Source: a virus
Strand: one strand, 5' to 3'
DNA: 64,000 bases
Virus record (IMG/VR): IMGVR_UViG_3300046355_000046
Location: 22,458-86,457 of that record
The notes below the pieces were generated by a model. The model saw only the letters and a list, made by a program, of their open reading frames with translations, did no database searches and was not told the DNA's origin. Shown in pieces: positions 61,961-64,000 of this stretch. Numbering within the stretch: position 1 is the first letter of the stretch; every line of letters begins with the position of its first letter. The position numbers and the translations under genes are program-made.

Positions 61961-64000
61961 TGAAAAAAGTATTATTTTTTATTACAATTTTGTTGGTATC
62001 TGCTGTACAATTACTTGGCCAGCAAAAGTTTAAAGCTGCTACATCTATTGGTGGAGCTTCTCTTAATAGAGGAGATACCTTTGATTATATCATTTATGGT
62101 AATGGTATGAACAATGCTACTACTCGTCAGTTGTTATTTGACGTACAATATGATAAAGACAACTTTGAAATTGTATCTGTAAATCATACTGGTACTGGTG
62201 GTAATGGTGGTATTCTTCCTCAAAACTCTACTATTAACTTATCTTGGTATAACTATCCAGGATATAACTTTGTAACAGTAAGCTCAGGGTCTAGTGCTAA
62301 TAATACAAGTAATGGTACTACTAACTACCAGTGGGCTCAGTACAACTATAGTGCATCAAATCCTTATGCTATTTTAAGAACAACACTTACTTGGTCTACT
62401 AATTCAGCTATGCCTTATAGTGGCTATAGTGATTTTATAAAGATTAAGTTTAGACTTAAAGCCGCATCTACTGCTTATACATTTAACCCAATTAAGTTAA
62501 ACTTTGTTGCTGGTTGGAATGCATCAGGTACTTATGATAATACAATCATGGAAGCACCATTATCTACTGCAGTTACAATGAACCAAAACTTTGGTAAATA
62601 CGTAAGTGCTAAAGTAGATTTAAATTCTAATCTGTACAACCTTTCTGCTCTTAAAGTATCATTTAGAGATACTCTTACTAATACAGGAATATTATTCCCT
62701 GTTACATCTACAGGAGAAGTTGACATCAATCAAGCTTCTTTAGCAGATAATAAAGTATATGAAGTTTCAGTGATGCATGATATGGATCAGTTATATAACA
62801 TCTATAATAACGCCATCACCATATCTGATTTTACTACAGCTCAAGGTGAATTTACATCAATGGGTCTTGATGGATCTAATGGACAAAGTATTAAAACTGG
62901 ACAGTCATTATATGCTGCAGACATTAACCGTAATAAAAAAATAGATGGCGGTGATTTACCTCAATTACTTGCACAAGTTGCAGGTATAGATACGTTAATG
63001 ACGCTTCCTAATGGTTATGTATCAGGAACTGCAGGTTACATGAGTTTACCAACATGGAAAGCTTCTGATGCTACAACACTTGCCGGTCAAGTAGAATGGG
63101 CATATGTTACACCAGGATCAAGTTCTAGTACTCTTCGTATAGATATGAGAGAGTTCCCTAGCGGTACAGTAGCAAGCACTATTAAAAGTGTACAGCTATT
63201 TGATATTTATACAGGACCTATAGAATATGTTTCTGAAGATGGAACTTGGGCTCAATACACTGTACCGTCTACACTTGCTAAAGTAAAAGATGGCACTTCT
63301 GTATATGTGTCTTCTATACGTAACATTAACAATCAGAATGTAGATTATTCTTTAAGAGCTGAATTTGAGTTTAATACTTCAGTTAATGCATCTTGGAGCT
63401 CTATCACTGCAGCTAACTGGAAAAACATTACATACCCTAAGACGTATTTTAAAACACTTACTCCTGGTACTAATGCTATTTTAGATCTTAAGTATTTATT
63501 ATGGGGTGATGTAAATAGATCACATTCTTCTCAAGTAGTTACAAGTACTGGAGGTACATCTATAGTACAGACTAATGCCGTTAATAGTTTAGCCACAAAC
63601 TCTGCATTTAGATTAATGGCTATGCAGTTACAGTCTACTGGAACTTCTATGAATCTAACTACTGATGTTAGTTCTATAGATGTAAATCTAAATAATTTAA
63701 CTGTTACGTCTAACACAATTGAAATACCTGTAAGTATAGACTCTAAAGGTGCAAGTGTTAGCGGTCTTCAGTTTGAATTTACTTTTGATCCTACTAAAAT
63801 TAAGTTTGAAGAACTCTTAGCTAATGTACCAAACACTTGGTATATATTTGCTAGCTCTAAAGATGGACGTGTAAAGTTTGGAGGTTTAGATAAGAATAAC
63901 TCTGAAGTTATAAAAGGAACATCTACACCATTTAAACTTAAGTTTAGCACAATAGGTGAAGGTGTAAATATTGTTACATCTGTAAAAGTATCACCTCTTA
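61960..64000 (+). CDS. 3'-truncated secreted protein with cohesin-like and dockerin-like domains (not in the ORF track)
   Basis: Open frame from ATG 61960 to the window end. Signal peptide MKKVLFFITILLVSAVQLLG, Ca-loop DINRNKKIDGGD, WGDVN, and cohesin-like IEIPVSI...VSGLQFEFTFDP.K.KF. Confidence 0.75.
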   Translation, partial: MKKVLFFITILLVSAVQLLGQQKFKAATSIGGASLNRGDTFDYIIYGNGMNNATTRQLLFDVQYDKDNFEIVSVNHTGTGGNGGILPQNSTINLSWYNYPGYNFVTVSSGSSANNTSNGTTNYQWAQYNYSASNPYAILRTTLTWSTNSAMPYSGYSDFIKIKFRLKAASTAYTFNPIKLNFVAGWNASGTYDNTIMEAPLSTAVTMNQNFGKYVSAKVDLNSNLYNLSALKVSFRDTLTNTGILFPVTSTGEVDINQASLADNKVYEVSVMHDMDQLYNIYNNAITISDFTTAQGEFTSMGLDGSNGQSIKTGQSLYAADINRNKKIDGGDLPQLLAQVAGIDTLMTLPNGYVSGTAGYMSLPTWKASDATTLAGQVEWAYVTPGSSSSTLRIDMREFPSGTVASTIKSVQLFDIYTGPIEYVSEDGTWAQYTVPSTLAKVKDGTSVYVSSIRNINNQNVDYSLRAEFEFNTSVNASWSSITAANWKNITYPKTYFKTLTPGTNAILDLKYLLWGDVNRSHSSQVVTSTGGTSIVQTNAVNSLATNSAFRLMAMQLQSTGTSMNLTTDVSSIDVNLNNLTVTSNTIEIPVSIDSKGASVSGLQFEFTFDPTKIKFEELLANVPNTWYIFASSKDGRVKFGGLDKNNSEVIKGTSTPFKLKFSTIGEGVNIVTSVKVSPL

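Larger units (their letters stand above)
1..64000. mobile_element. Segment of a crAss-like (Crassvirales-related) bacteriophage genome, probable Bacteroidota host
   Basis: Giant RNAP gene with GSDFDIDK motif. Gene order HU-like, ring, ring, muzzle, cargo, RNAP. crAss-type primase, PolB and AAA ATPase. TTTG-N19-21-TAnnTTTG promoters. SprB repeat. No host housekeeping genes or integrase. Confidence 0.92.

Noticed and set aside
670-63950. Numerous 60-112-aa ORFs antisense or out of frame to long genes (e.g. 5249-5566, 21235-21549, 27384-27722, 50057-50377, 62532-62729)
   Set aside because: They are nested in well-supported genes, have no motifs, and show the composition typical of shadow ORFs.
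1-64000. Stop-codon reassignment as in some crAss-like phages
   Set aside because: Genes are full length in the standard code, and TAG and TGA both end genes at sensible positions.
1-64000. tRNA genes, CRISPR arrays, integrase, diversity-generating retroelement
   Set aside because: Intergenic gaps are short with no cloverleaf or repeat-spacer pattern, and no reverse transcriptase or recombinase motifs were seen. A tRNAscan run was not possible.

Overview
A 64-kb, AT-rich, gene-dense segment of a lytic crAss-like (Crassvirales-related) phage that probably infects an aquatic Bacteroidota host, read in the standard genetic code. There are three transcription blocks. (1) + strand, 1-39344: tail and adhesin genes, ring and muzzle-type tail proteins, putative virion cargo proteins, a 4242-aa virion RNA polymerase (DFDID motif) and an 1805-aa polyvalent protein. 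(2) - strand, 39358-58881: replication and nucleotide metabolism (PolB, primase, DnaB, SSB/AAA/exonuclease, NrdAB, dNMP kinase, MazG, a spore-photoproduct-lyase-like radical SAM enzyme and a stand-alone DnaA domain IV protein), with Bacteroidota-type host promoters. (3) + strand, 58999-end: lysis cassette, small basic proteins and a signal-peptide cohesin/dockerin-like protein. No capsid, portal or terminase gene is recognisable in the window. The most striking unexplained pattern is three consecutive cargo-region genes (12143-18725) built from small unrelated modules separated by about 20 copies of a short xxxGG motif, suggesting virion-packaged polyproteins. A conserved 58-bp phage-specific promoter/operator element is also visible. 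All family assignments come from motif recognition by eye, not from database searches.
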